Assembly: GCA_040954595.2 (NCBI GenBank)
Contig: CM082592.2
Location: forward strand, 5,756,308-5,820,307
Length of the DNA: 64,000 nt
Direction of reading: 5' to 3'
Source of the DNA: Balanoglossus misakiensis
Taxonomy: Eukaryota > Animalia > Hemichordata
Below the pieces are notes generated by a model. That model searched no databases and had not been told where the DNA came from. It saw nothing but the letters and a program-made list of their open reading frames with translations. Position numbers and translations under genes: made by a program. Shown here piece by piece: positions 15,001 through 28,755 of this stretch; positions within the stretch are counted from its first letter, which is position 1; the number at the start of each line of letters is the position of its first letter.

Positions 15001-17031
15001 TTTCGACTTTCCGAGATATCAAAATTTCTTCATTTTTTCACAAAAATCATGGGTTATAGCCCATGAAAATCATCCAAAAATGACAATTTTTCGACTTTAC
15101 GAGATATCAAAATTTCTTCATTTTTTCACAAACAATTTTTCGACTTTCCGAGATATCAAAATTTCTTCATTTTTTCACAAAAATCATGGGTTATAGCCCA
15201 TGAAAATCATCCAAAAATGACAATTTTTCGACTTTCCGAGATATCAAAATTTCTTCATTTTTTCACAAAAATCATGGGTTATAGCCCATGAAAATCATCC
15301 AAAAATGACAATTTTTCGACTTTCCGAGATATCAAAATTTCTTCATTTTTTCACAAAAATCATGGGTTATAGCCCATGAAAATCATCCAAAAATGACAAT
15401 TTTTCGACTTTCCGAGATATCAAAATTTCTTCATTTTTTCACAAAAATCATGGGTTATAGCCCATGAAAATCATCCAAAAATGACAATTTTTCGACTTTC
15501 CGAGATATCAAAATTTCTTCATTTTTTGACAAAAATCATGGGTTATAGCCCATGAAAATCATCCAAAAATGACAATTTTTCGACTTTCCGAGATATCAAA
15601 ATTTCTTCATTTTTTGACAAAAATCATGGGTTATAGCCCATGAAAATCATCCAAAAATGACAATTTTCGACTTTCCGAGATATCAAAATTTCTTCATTTT
15701 TTGACAAAACCATGGGTTATAGCCCATGAAAATCATCCAAAAATGACAATTTTTCGACTTTCCGAGATATCAAAATTTCTTCATTTTTTGACAAAAATCA
15801 TGGGTTATAGCCCATGAAAATCATCCAAAAATGACAATTTTTCGACTTTCCGAGATATCAAAATTTCTTCATTTTTTGACAAAAATCATGGGTTATAGCC
15901 CTTGAAAATCATCCAAAAATGACAATTTTTCGACTTTCCGAGATATCAAAATTTCTTCATTTTTTGACAAAAATCATGGGTTATAGCCCTTGAAAATCAT
16001 CCAAAAATGACAATTTTTCGACTTTCCGAGATATCAAAATTTCTTCATTTTTTGACAAAAATCATGGGTTATAGCCCATGAAAATCATCCAAAAATGACA
16101 ATTTTTCGACTTTCCGAGATATCAAAATTTCTTCATTTTTTGACAAAAATCATGGGTTATAGCCCATGAAAATCATCCAAAAATGACAATTTTTCGACTT
16201 TCCGAGATATCAAAATTTCTTCATTTTTTGACAAAAATCATGGGTTATAGCCCATGAAAATCATCCAAAAATGACAATTTTTCGACTTTCCGAGATATCA
16301 AAATTTCTTCATTTTTTGACAAAAATCATGGGTTATAGCCCATGAAAATCATCCAAAAATGACAATTTTTCGACTTTCCGAGATATAAAAATTTCTTCAT
16401 TTTTTGACAAAAATCATGGGTTATAGCCCATGAAAATCATCCAAAAATGACAATTTTTCGACTTTCCGAGATATCAAAATTTCTTCATTTTTTGACAAAA
16501 ATCATGGGTTATAGCCCATGAAAATCATCCAAAAATGACAATTTTTCGACTTTCCGAGATATCAAAATTTCTTCATTTTTTGACAAAAATCATGGGTTAT
16601 AGCCCATGAAAATCATCCAAAAATGACAATTTTTCGACTTTCCGAGATATCAAAATTTCTTCATTTTTTCACAAAAATCATGGGTTATAGCCCATGAAAA
16701 TCATCCAAAAATGACAATTTTTCGACTTTCCGAGGTATCAAAATTTCTTCATTTTTTCACAAAAATCATGGGTTATAGCCCATGAAAATCATCCAAAAAT
16801 GACAATTTTTCGACTTTCCGAGATATCAAAATTTCTTCATTTTTTGACAAAAATCATGGGTTATAGCCCATGAAAATCATCCAAAAATGACAATTTTTCG
16901 ACTTTCCGAGATATCAAAATTTCTTCATTTTTTGACAAAAATCATGGGTTATAGCCCATGAAAATCATCCAAAAATGACAATTTTTCGACTTTCCGAGAT
17001 ATCGAAATTTCTTCATTTTTTGACAAAAATC
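1..17031. repeat. Satellite DNA array, 88-bp monomer, about 190 copies, truncated at the window start
   Basis: Consensus AAAATCATCCAAAAATGACAATTTTTCGACTTTCCGAGATATCAAAATTTCTTCATTTTTT(G/C)ACAAAAATCATGGGTTATAGCCCATG; monomers start at 531 and 619, 88 bp apart. The array ends abruptly at ...TGACAAAAATC (17031). Confidence 0.99.
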
Positions 17032-17115
17032 GAGAACTCTAAACGCAGGTGCCAGTAAGTCCTATGGCCACTGACTATTCCCTGTATTCTGACCGCAATA
17101 GACGATGTGACCACT

Positions 17116-17762
17116 TATAATAATAATAATAATAATTTATTCAGTATCAATTGCCACCGGCCAAACTGTACAAATAATCCAAGTATTACAGTTATTTGTC
17201 GCTAGTACGGTATAAAAAATAGATGCACTGTCACAATTCTGGAAATGGAAAGACAGAGACATAATAAACTATACATATATATTGTTCAAATTATCATGTC
17301 TATGTTTTGTTGCATAGAATACTTATCTGCTAAGATTACGAACAGTTTCTACTTTCTCTGAAGAAAGAAGTAGTGTAAATTTATACAGAACAGGGGGATT
17401 GTGAAAATAGTCTGGAATATATTGGACTCTCAAATCAGAGTACTTTGGACAAACTAACAAAAAATGGAATTCGTCTTCAACATATTTCAAAGAACACAGA
17501 TCACACAGTCTGTCATGGCGTGGAATATTACTCCATCGTCCGGTCTCTACCTTTAAACAGTGAGCAGAGACTCTAAATTTGCATAGGGCTAATCTGAATA
17601 CAGGTTTCTCAATCTATAACAAATATGGTTCTACACGGAGTTCTTTTTTAAAAGTTGAATAGGTTTCCAACCTTCTAGAGTGACTCAAATTTTCAGTCCA
17701 TGACTGTACATCAATATCAACACATCTTTGTTTGAAAGTCTTTAAAAACATAGCATCACTTC
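17116..17762 (-). mobile_element. 5'-truncated non-LTR retrotransposon (LINE): degenerate ORF2 C-terminus plus 3' UTR
   Basis: Minus strand translates as FKQRCVDIDVQSW...LRVEPYLL*IEKPVFRLALCKFRVSAHCLKVETGRWSNIPRHDRLCDLCSLKYVEDEFHFLLVCPKYSDLR, a LINE ORF2 CCHC zinc-knuckle region with stop codons. It ends in AATAAA plus a (TTA)n tail. The 11-bp TSD ATGTGACCACT lies at 17105-17115 and 17763-17773. Clade (possibly RTEX-like) is uncertain. Confidence 0.9.
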
Positions 17763-19085
17763 ATGTGACCACTATACCCCCAGTCACAGTCATGGTAGTC
17801 TTGTTTCCACAGCAACCACTGATGACGCGTTTACCCCGATGACAACCATTTAGAGACACAATTCATTGACGGATGGACCCTGGTTACAACTCGAGTATTC
17901 GTGAAGATAAATATTTGATGAACAAATCCCGCGGTGTGTTTGATTTTAAGATGGTAAACAATAAAATATATAGACTTATCAAAGTGGCATAATTTATGGT
18001 ATTTACCAGACATTACGCCATCGACATTATATACTGGTCATCAAAATGCGGGTTACTTTTCTCATGATACAAATAATGACCAGCGTGTAAAGATAGCATG
18101 GTATAAATTGACAACTTGGCCAAATTTCATATTGTTGGGTGTCTCTCGCCGACACTCCCGTCCACACGTGGTTTATATCTGCAGTATCGTCTGATGACGT
18201 CATGCTTCGAGCCAAGTGACGATAAGTCCTACAGAGGAAATTATAGGGGTTTAAGTCGTCGTTATTTTCATACATGGTATCTTCCTTGTTTTTTTTCAAT
18301 CCATTTGTAAGTTATGCTGTCCGAATCGTCGATAACGGTCGGTTGTAAGTATGGCATGCAAATGATGACTCGATGATGTAATATATCAGACTTACCAGAA
18401 ATTGAGACAATTGTGACTTGCTATCTTTTTTTCGGAATCTGAAAGTTTACACAGCAAATCTAAATGAAACCGAAAAAAGTAATATGAAGAATTAAAAGTG
18501 GCGTTTTGTGTATTATTAGCGTGTAGAGTTCGCTTATGATCAAACAGGCCCTGACCTGGTTTTGGGGTGTCACCAAGCAGTGTTAGCTTGGGGGGTGATC
18601 GTCGATGACACAGTCCAAAGCATGATTGTATGTCGTCACTCGACAGTAAACATTTTGAAAGGGAAATTGTGAAAGTACAAAACATACTCTGTAGCCACCA
18701 AGAAAACAACAACGTAAATCAAAGGAGATGAACAAAACTGACGGCAGCGTTTTAAAAATATGAAAGAATTCTTAACAGTTCACCACTTTAAATTTCAAAT
18801 TCCACTCGGAGACCGAAAATGGGCAGGATTTCTCTCATTGACTTGAATTTAAAAAGAATCACATGAGTACATAGTAATATTCACGTCATATCGTGTCATC
18901 TTGGTGCCGCGGTTGAAAAGAAATGACTGTCATGCGCACTTGGCGTGGGCAGTTTATTTGGAGGCAGACGGTAGAACGGACGGGGCCAAAATCATACGCC
19001 CCTCTCCGGGTCCGCTGAGTCTATGATAAAACCCCGTCATTCAAAGTTGTTCCTAGTTTGGTCGAGAGCACAGCCTACTACAGAC

Positions 19086-20011
19086 ATGGTTATAACGATC
19101 GCACTACGTTTCTTGGTCATCGCTGCAGTGTTGGCGACTTCTCGCGCCGCGGGTAAGTTTTTTTAATCCCTAAACGACCTGTTTCGTGTCTGTCGTCCGC
19201 TGGTATAGTCGGTTCTTCTCACAGTTTGTCCACTTTTTTAGTTACTCGCGAATATCTGATAATCTTAATTTGAGCTTCGTGCATTTACCTGTAGGCCGAG
19301 TGCACTGAACACAGGGCTCTTACAGGACGCCGTTATCTGATCATGAATAATGCGAAAATTAACACCACTTTCGGAATTCTAGCCCCATTCTGTCAGTCAG
19401 AATTCAAAATGGTCAAGTCTTAAACGTTTGCCCGCAGATAGACAAACGAGAGACGGCATTCAACAGGTTTCGTCAAACAATTATCACGAAGTATACTTGT
19501 ATATGGCGATTTGGGGAGGGGGTGTGTATCATGTCAAAACACTGCGAAGAAGGTGATTTCTATATAGGCAGGGACACTGCTTTGAGAGGGTGTCAAAGAA
19601 AACATTTATTTCCACGAACGAATTTTGGTTAATTTTGCCGTTTTGAATGTCGCCGAAATTAAAAGTCACTGATTATCTACCTCCTGGTCAGAATGAAACT
19701 TTTACGAATGGGTCAACTCAATCGATATCCATGCACGACCCTGTCGCAAGATACATGTTTTTGTTTCACTTGTTTAAAGTCACACACCCCCAAAGTGGAA
19801 AATTGAGTGGCTTGTTTGACTATTTTTGCAAGCAATGGTCAAATATTTATCAAAGTCAATGGCGTGAGTAATGTCTTTGGAGGCTCACATTCGTTCAAAC
19901 AAAGTTCTCTCCTTATGCGACAATCGTTTATAATGCAGAAAGAATCTTATTTTTTTCTTTTCCCCGCCTCTCACGAAATTTCAGATGAATGGGGATACGG
20001 TGAAGACAACG
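19086..20011 (+). CDS. Orphan or alternative carbonic anhydrase leader cassette (signal-peptide exon plus WGY micro-exon)
   Basis: Exon 19086-19152 encodes MVITIALRFLVIAAVLATSRAA and ends G|GTAAGT. Exon 19985-20011 encodes (D)EWGYGEDN(G), flanked by TTTCAG| and |GTAAGT. Both junctions are phase 1, as in exons 1-2 of the neighbouring CA genes. No dedicated downstream catalytic exons were seen. Confidence 0.7.
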
Positions 20012-22327
20012 GTAAGTGCTGGCTTCTTTTTTCGAACTTGTGCTTATAGTGATAAAATTACGGGTGCATCAACAAATCACGCTGGGTTGACCAGAACCGG
20101 AGCAACACAATCTCGATTCGTGGAGAATATTTATGGTACCTGGACATGCGCATGCGTATCATGGCAACCTAGCCTCCCTGGCCCAATTACTTCGACCACC
20201 GACCACAAACCGTTTATCTGCCTTTACGCCAACCCATAACCACGACTACCCGATGCACGTCCCACGACACTTACATCCCTGGGCTGGTTTGCAGCCAACG
20301 TCGACGAAAAATGCTGAATGCTGATTTTTTTGTGTCACCTCTGTCTGTCTGTCTACATCTTTCTTGATATACTCACCCGCTCGATCAGAAGTTGAAGAAA
20401 GCACTGGAGGAAGCCACCAACGATGGAATAAAATCAGCTTATAGACATCTGCAAAATGTTTCTAAAATGTATTCACCTGGTACTATATGGCACCGCAAAG
20501 CAACTTTTGACAAACACTTGACATACATATTTATATCATTTGTACATTCTCCTTGTGCCATGTTAGGGCAAGTCGTAGTTACTACACCCTGGCATGGAGA
20601 TCTGATAAAAACCAGGTGAATGACAGAGGGCCGTCACGTGGGTAGTCCCTTTGTCGGGTTTAGATAAATCACACCAGACAATGACGTGGAGATTGAAGTC
20701 TCTTTACAAGCACAATAGCTTGAACAGCTCAAGTTTGAGTTAACTGAAGCTCACGAAAATGACGCGAAAGGGCGTTGCTATACCGAGGCCTCGATTTTAC
20801 ACACACGGTCAATCACTAACTGACACGGGTTCCATGGACCTGTCAGAGGTTCGAGTGAAGGCCGCGCATGGACACCGTTCTTAAACGTTGACATGTAAGC
20901 ATACTGAATGAGGAACAACGTATTAAAGATAGAAGAGATTAAAGCTGCCCTAGCCATTTGTTAAACAGAAATACTGTCACACATGGCATGATATATGTCG
21001 TGCTTGCTGATAAATGTCACCACTACCACCAAACAAGATTCAGCGCCATAGGTTACGCTATGTGTACAATTATGTACTGTAGGCTAAGATGCGCCTGGGA
21101 ACAAGGTTAGGGTTCGTTTTTTTTCAAATTTTTCAGTCGCTTCTCCATAATCGTCGGACGTCAGTGAACTTCTGTATTTTGATTGATATCAATAGTTTTG
21201 AACACCTTGTTTTGCACAACACGACAAGTTTGTTGACAAGAAATTCGGCCGGTTATCAAACAGCAGACACTTGACCTAACAGCTTTTCCGTGCACGTGGG
21301 TCCTCCCAAAACACCTGCAATGACAAGAATTACATGTTGTCATTTTACCTTACACTGACAGTCGCGACCCCGAACAATCCCTCAATTTCAGTTGTCAGTC
21401 CCGCCATTGCAACCACGGAGTTGGTTGAGATTGTCTGCATGTACATATCTTAGGCTATATGGGTCAATGGAAGATTTCACAAGACTATTGCAGTCAGCCA
21501 AATGAGACTACGTGTGCTTGCACCTGCTTTATATAGAGGCGCAACATTCTTTTATTGTCGATATCTGGTGCATCCACCAAGATGCAGACATTTATTGTCC
21601 AGCATAAAATGTCTTTAGTATGGTTACAAGCGGCAGAAAGCATTTTGGATTGTGTGACGCAATTGAAATCACGATCGATTTTCACCTTATTGTACGATCT
21701 CGCGAAATCTCGCGGGATTTTCTTTATAATGGAGAACAGGTCATCAACGAGTTTGTTTTTTTAAACAACACTAAAATACCATGTTACCGGACGCTCCAGG
21801 CAGAATTAACATGCCATGAAAAGTGCTTTAAGTCTATGACGAATTAGATAATATCGATGCGGCGAATACTTGAGATAATTTTCAACAGATGTATTCTCAC
21901 AGTTTGTGTACCCCAGCATACCTTCTGGTGATCGATGTCATAACTATCTTTCTAACATGAATGCCATATATGGGCAATGTTTGTTTGTTTCACGCAACCC
22001 ACAACCACAACACAAAGAGATGCTGGCAACTCGAAAGAAATAAATGTAGATCGGAAATTGCCCTGAATTCCCCATAAATGTATTGCTGATTACGTCACAA
22101 GCGCTGAATTATTATCGTACATTTTTCGTAGAGCAATAAGGTTTCGGTACGCAGAATATTTATAGACATTTAAGCAAACAGATGCGAAACATACAGACCC
22201 ATACAAACACGGATGAACAGATGGCTAGACGAAAGTGATCCAGATTATAACTTCTATAATTTCATGCAATGGAACCCCGTGTGCTCGACATAACGCACAC
22301 CTACGAGTTCTGATATCCTCCCGGGGC

Positions 22328-22380
22328 TTCGCGTGACCTGTGACCTCTCTCGCCACATTTTACCCAATAGAAATTGGCCT
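22328..22380 (+). promoter_or_regulatory. CA-A proximal promoter block: perfect DR1 nuclear-receptor element plus CCAAT/ATTGG
   Basis: TGACCT-G-TGACCT at 22334-22346 is followed by CCCAATAGAAATTGGCC. A homologous block lies upstream of CA-B at about 29843-29892. Confidence 0.55.
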
Positions 22381-22531
22381 TCCGCGCATAAATTATATAT
22401 TTTTTGCGCCGCGGGGCAGAGAGAGTTGATTCCAGGCTTGGTATTGCTTGTCGGAGTGTGGGCGTCTGTCATCACACAAATCCCAGCTCAGCTCAGGCCC
22501 AGCATTCGTCTGGTGAACGGTGACGGTGAAC

Positions 22532-25500
22532 ATGATGGCTCAGCTTGACATTAAGCGAGTGGTATTTCTGGTATTCGTTGCATTTGCTGTTTCAGTGGCA
22601 AGCTCAGGTAATTGGATTTTTTGTGCGTAAGATGATCTCAAGCCTCGCATCACGTTCCGTGTAGTAACCGTGCGCTCTAATGAGATCTAGGCTGGCAACC
22701 GTGTTCTTTGCTATGATTTGTAACGTCATGATCTCATTTTAATGACCTTCAATGTGAGTTATAGTTCTGCAGAATTGTGATATCGTAATGATTTCTTACT
22801 GTTCTATATTTATCTTCTAACTAGACATATACGACTTCATTCAACAAAACCAATCTAGTCGATATTTGAATTGATATTTTGAACAAAGAGATTCTTCTGC
22901 CTTAACCTACATCTTATCAAAAGACCGATGATATTACAAAGGCAATATGGATACTAGTTCTGTAGGGTCAGGCAGTCAAGAAATTTTCGCGCCCACAGGC
23001 CATGGATTTTGCCATACGTTCCAATGACGAGTGCAGCTGCAATGTTTATATGACCACCTATTTTGCAGCCCATTAAGATTTATTGTTACAATCGAGAAAA
23101 AATGCCCGCGCTTTTGTTCATATTTGGTGAGGAATGTATTCGCATGGAGCTGAACAAAAAGCTCAAGATTTCGGTCGTCGAGAAGCGAGACTGAATTCGA
23201 TATATTTGTTCACGTTTTCGGCTTAATTACACTCTACTATTTCCTTGAAGAAAACCGTCAAACATGCCCTTGAAACTGTACACTCCCGTGTTGGGTGACA
23301 AAGGCGTGTGAGACACGACGAAAATCGATGGCCGCGTAATATTTCAGAAAAGCCTGGCCCGAGCGGCATGATGTCTTCATTTGAAGGGAAATGAAAGACC
23401 CCCCCCCCCCTCCATCCTCAAAATGTTTTTTCATTTTCCCCGTATTTATCTCTCCGTTTAGGAGAAGCCTCCTGGGGTTATGAACCTGATAATGGTAAGT
23501 GTGATCTACATCATTTTCAAATCCGAGTTTGACCTGGCCTCTCCTGTCACAGTGACAGTCTGTATTAACTCACCGTGGTCGTTGAACTTACTGTTCGATT
23601 TATGCGGGTGGCCCCGTTTACATCTCTACTAGCAATCGAGAGACGAAGCCCCGAGAAGCGCAGAATTCAGACAATTTGCGAAAATTGCATTTGAGTGACG
23701 ACGAACGCACGTGACTGCGCCATAGCAGTGGACACAGAGCATTATTGAGGGTCGTACAGAAATATAACACGGTTTCAGTGTTGATGAAACGTTTTCACTT
23801 TGGACACACACTATGGGACACCGATCACCTTGTCAAATGATACCTTCTTGCATTGGAGGGTGGCAAGTTAAAACGACGAATTTCTATTCAGTTTTGCACC
23901 ACTGAGATTATTTAATGAACTCATACAGCCGAGTTTACTATAACATTGCAAGTAAGGTGCATTTTACATTTGGGGAAACCAATTGCATGTATAGGCCTAA
24001 CTATACCTCGCTGCAGTTCATTAAAATTCAAGGTTTGAAAATTGCAGTGAATAAGTAAGTGATAATAATGTGCGGGTGGATTATGTAATATAAGATCGGT
24101 GATACTTTGATTATTAATTCATGTCAGGCAGAAGTTCAATTTTATTTGTCCACCCGCTGGTAAGTCCGGTGACCCTCCCTAAAACTCCAGTCACTGTAAG
24201 CGACCGTAGATGACTGGACCGCTGTGGCGAGGGTCGCAATAACTTAAAGCGTAAATGTTTGCCCTTTATAAAGCTTAGAGTTCGCGTTTACGCAGAGATC
24301 AGCGCCCCTGGCCATTAATAATAAACCCATTTTATCCATGGCAAGTACAGGCACTTTCCTTAACCCCGGCCCCTGCATAAAAAAGCATTTTGTGTGTTGC
24401 AGAATTGACTTTTCCATGCGTGCAGCATTGTGGGCGATGTCGAGTTATTTTTAAATTAATGATGTCTTTTAATACGTGGTCGCTGCGTGCTCAGACGAGT
24501 CTTTTAGAGTCCCATGGAAACAACGCGTATTTTAAATTCAGCTAACCATAATTTTGTTTTAGGAGTTCCATTAAAATAATATCAGAAACACAAAGAGCGG
24601 TCTTATTTCTTGCGAACGGTGAACATTTTAATGATCGACGCCCTTACAGTCTCAGGCGTTGATGTTCCAATACAGTCAACTCCTGCACGTGAACTTGCAC
24701 ACAAAAACATTACGTCAAACTTGTCTTAGGTACTTCAGTTTGGACGGCATATGACGTCATGGCGGTACAACTTACAGTGAAGAGCACTTTCTCCGGAGAG
24801 ATCAGTTTGCTAACACAGACTTTTCTATTTGTCTGTGGTTAAAACAAGATACATAGTTCGGCGTTTGTTTCTGTGTTTGGTACACATGCGCCACGGAACC
24901 TGAACCACCTCTCCGACGCCCAGCTAGTACACTGGTGGTATTTCAGTCCATTGTTTGGTGTTCTTCATTCAGACGTGACCGCTCAGCTGACGTGACAGAG
25001 GATAACTGATCATTTACACGCTGTTTTATAAACATACTCATTGAAACCCCCAAGACTGACTTGGCTTTAGATTTCTCACACGATTTGGGACTTTCGCCCG
25101 AGGCCAGTCTGGGACAAAATAACTCAAACTAGAGTATGGAATCTTATCCCAGATGGTTGGTATGAGGGCTGCTGTTTCTCACGGAATCAAACGTGTGTTA
25201 AATTTGCAAAACGTTGAATTTAAATACTGACTTCATGACTGTCGTATAGCCGATTAGAAAAAAATGTCTTTATTACATGGGAGATCAAGATGTGTTTCCT
25301 ACAACAGATGTCAGAATGGGATAACACAATTATCTAAATGTGGACATCTCTGGCAAAATTTTTAAGTGCATCGTCATCTTAATTAGCCTAATGTTGAACA
25401 GAAGTTAAAGTGGATAAGTAGGTAGAAGATATGAGAGTGGAAAATTCACTTAATGCTGTATAGCCATTGATGCTCATCGTTATTAGCGTTAGAATACATG

Positions 25501-28500
25501 TACATTGTAGTTGTAATGGATTAAATCCATTTTCACCTTGACAAAAGACACACATCATCCATTTTACTATCACGTGCAAGGGACAAAACAAGGCAGGTCA
25601 TATTAAAGGGAGATGTCTAAAGCAAGCCGGAACTTCATGAGAAACAATGCATGCTTTTCCTATTCGATTTCCAAATGTTGTTTAACTTCCTGATGGCTTG
25701 CATGGGTGTTGCGACACAACCCAGCCACGTGGGCCTGCATGATCGGCTGGCACGTGACCAGTACTAGTAGGTATAGAAACTCTGACGACATTATCACGAA
25801 AATTATGGTAGTGTCAATAATTTCTGCGAATTGCGGACGTTGGTCAATTCCCCTTGCACTTTTATCGCCCGCCACAGTTGGTCTCGAGAAAGACAAAAGT
25901 ATACAGCAATACAAGACCCGGCCACTGTTTGATCCGTCGGAAACAAGGTGCACACATCCCACAATCCTTTGCCTATATCATAAACCCTCCAATGCTGGCT
26001 TCGTGGAAACCTCATTTTTAGTATTTTCCGTTAAAATAATATACAGTGTATGTTAGTTTTGAGTCGTCACCCGACTTGCCGCGTGGAAATAAATCACATT
26101 TATATTTGTCGATAAAAACACGACGATGTGCAGATGTGTTTACAAAGACCCGTCATATGAGAACACGTGTGTTGCCTGTTTACCTCCAGGACATCCCGGA
26201 CAGTGCCCGGATGTTGATGAAGACATGTTTTATCTTTAGAGGCAGCTGGGAACGTCGCATAAATTGTCGATACAATTTTTTGGCGTTTTACTCTGACGTT
26301 TTACTTCAAGTTAAAAAAAAACTAGGCATGCACTACACTGCGAAACAAGTAACCATCTTAAAAGAAGACCTACATATACAATCCCACCTCCAAAATATCT
26401 TTCAAGTCCGTCCCGAATATTATGAAAGGGGCAAAAGTGCCCCTTTTTCACGAACACGCAGGGAAAACATTGTGGGCGTACGTGTTTCGAACACTGCCTT
26501 GGTTTCACGATAACTCCCTGTAACTGGAAATCGGCCGTTATTGTCAGTTTGGAGAACAACTGCCCGTTTCAATAAATTTTGAATGGTACCGTATCTTCAC
26601 TTGTGCAAACACTTTTCGATGGGCGTGTGATTTATAGCATTATTTAGTTTATTTTACCAAGGAGAGGGGTCAAAACCTCCAGAGAGTGTAGACTAAAGGT
26701 TAAACGTTCCTGTTAAGGACTGTTCCTCGGAACATCTGGGGGCTGGTAATGTCGACCGGGGATCAGTGAAAGCGGTCACCGTTACAATCACTCTCTGTCC
26801 GGCGGTAAGGTCACATCAATCAATAGTCAGTGGAAGTTATCTCTAGGGAGTCAGCCTGCGACACGAGAACAGTTTCATTTCAACTCGCATTGAACTTGGC
26901 ATTTGGAATTTCGCTGTTTGCGCGTACTACTAAGTGAATTTGCGGACTACAAGGTCGACGATATCTGGAGGCAACTTCACAGGCAGCGACAAAAAATGCA
27001 TTATTTTCACTAAAGGCCCTAATTGTCGAATTTTCCCTTCTTTGACAGGACCAAGTACATGGCCCGTGACCTTTCCCGAATACTGTGCCGGTCAGAAGCA
27101 GTCGCCAATCGATATCCTTCACAGTGATGCCGTACCCAAAGCCCTGGGCGAGTTTACCTTCACCGGGTTCGAAACGCCCCCGGCGGGCGCCGCCATGACT
27201 CTACTCAACAGCGGACACAATGGTAAGTGTAATGAAACCACTATTGCTACAGAACTGTTCTGATCTCACAATCAAGTTTAAAGGGTTTGAAATACGAATA
27301 TGCTTCCATCGTCTGGATGGTGAACGAAGCTGTTTTCATTTCTCTCTAGCTCAAGTTAATCTACAAGGAGACTACACCATCAGTGGTGCGGACCTACCCG
27401 GTACATTCAACGTCGCGCAGTTTCACTTTCATTGGGGAAACGAAAGCAGCGTCGGATCCGAACATCAGATTGATAGCACGCAGTATGCTGTCGAGGTAAG
27501 ATCCACACTTTTTGGAATATAAAAAGATGATATTATTATATTCGATACAGGTTCGCGTCGCCGTAAAGATGTCCCACTAGTTCTGTGTGCGGGCGTTTTG
27601 TAAATAATCGCTCAAATACTTAGAACCTATTCAAAAGTCAAGTACATGTACATGTATTCCTTAATCAACAAAATAGTCAAAAATCGAAACTTTGTTTATG
27701 AATATACTTCGTCACAAACTGTTGTTGCGTTATATGTTTTCTTCTAAATTTGAGCTATCTTGCAGATGCATGTGGTGAGCTATGATTCCAAATACCCCGA
27801 CTTCGCCACGGCTGTCGACAATGTTGACGGTGTGGCAGTGATTGGAACACTCATCGAGGTAAGCACGCGTTGGATTTGAGTTTTTCTACTGACCAGTGAT
27901 GCGCATGTGCAAATTTCATGGCAGCGTGATCTCGGTCGAAACACAGAGTTGTAACCGTCAATTGATTCGCCTTCAAAACTGCATTTGGTCTGGTTTTGAA
28001 ATTATGACAACTTATAACAAAAGTCAGAACCAAGAATTCGATTATTGGTACTTCATATTTTCAAATTTTCAAATCTAGGCTCTTGTAATTTACATACCCA
28101 GGTCGGTGCTGCTAACAACGGTGCATACGACACACTGATAAACGCTCTCTCAAATGTAATTTACAAAGGTAAGAAAATGTTCCATTGAATGCAAATATTG
28201 CTTGGCTTACAAATATTCAGTGGTTGCGAGAAAGACGGTGAAGAACTCATTTGGTTATATTTTTTATTTTTGCAGATGATACATATAGTTTTCCGTCTCC
28301 ATTTTCCGTTCTTCCGATGTTGCCGAGTGAACTTGACGAATATTACCGCTACCGCGCATCTCTAACTACACCGCTGTGTCAAGAAACGGTCATTTGGTCG
28401 GTTATGAAGAACCGGGTACAGCTGTCTGAACAACAGGTACGTTATGCCGATGAGGTCGCTATGTGATGTCACTTGCATGCGAAACAGTCTCGTGTACGTA

Positions 28501-28755
28501 CAGAGACAAATATTTTACCCATGAACCAAATATTCATATGTTTTCTCATAGATTGATAAATTCAGAGATCTGATGTTCAACGCTGAAGGAGAAGACGCCG
28601 ACCCGATGGTCAACAATTTTCGGCCACCGCAGCCTCTCTATGGAAGAAAAGTGGACATCAACGACATGTCCATCGGAGACGCCGCTTCTGCACGCCCTCT
28701 ATGGGCACTCATAGCAATTTCCTTCGTTTTTGCTCTACTCAGAATTCAGTGCTGA
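22532..28755 (+). CDS. Alpha-carbonic anhydrase CA-A, about 317 aa, signal peptide plus C-terminal GPI-type signal
   Basis: Eight GT-AG exons: 22532-22607, 23462-23494, 27049-27222, 27350-27495, 27766-27858, 28102-28168, 28276-28436, 28552-28755 (954 nt, frame consistent). Motifs: WGY, GPSTW, CAGQKQSPIDI, NSGH, QFHFHWG, GSEH, EMH, SLTTPLC, NFRPPQP. C-terminus GDAASARPLWALIAISFVFALLRIQC*. Confidence 0.93.

Noticed and set aside
1-17031. CRISPR array suggested by regularly spaced palindromic repeats
   Set aside because: The intervening sequence is identical between units (no unique spacers), there are no cas genes, and the context is eukaryotic.
26046-26513. 155-aa ORF in CA-A intron 2
   Set aside because: GTG start, no recognisable domain or coding bias.
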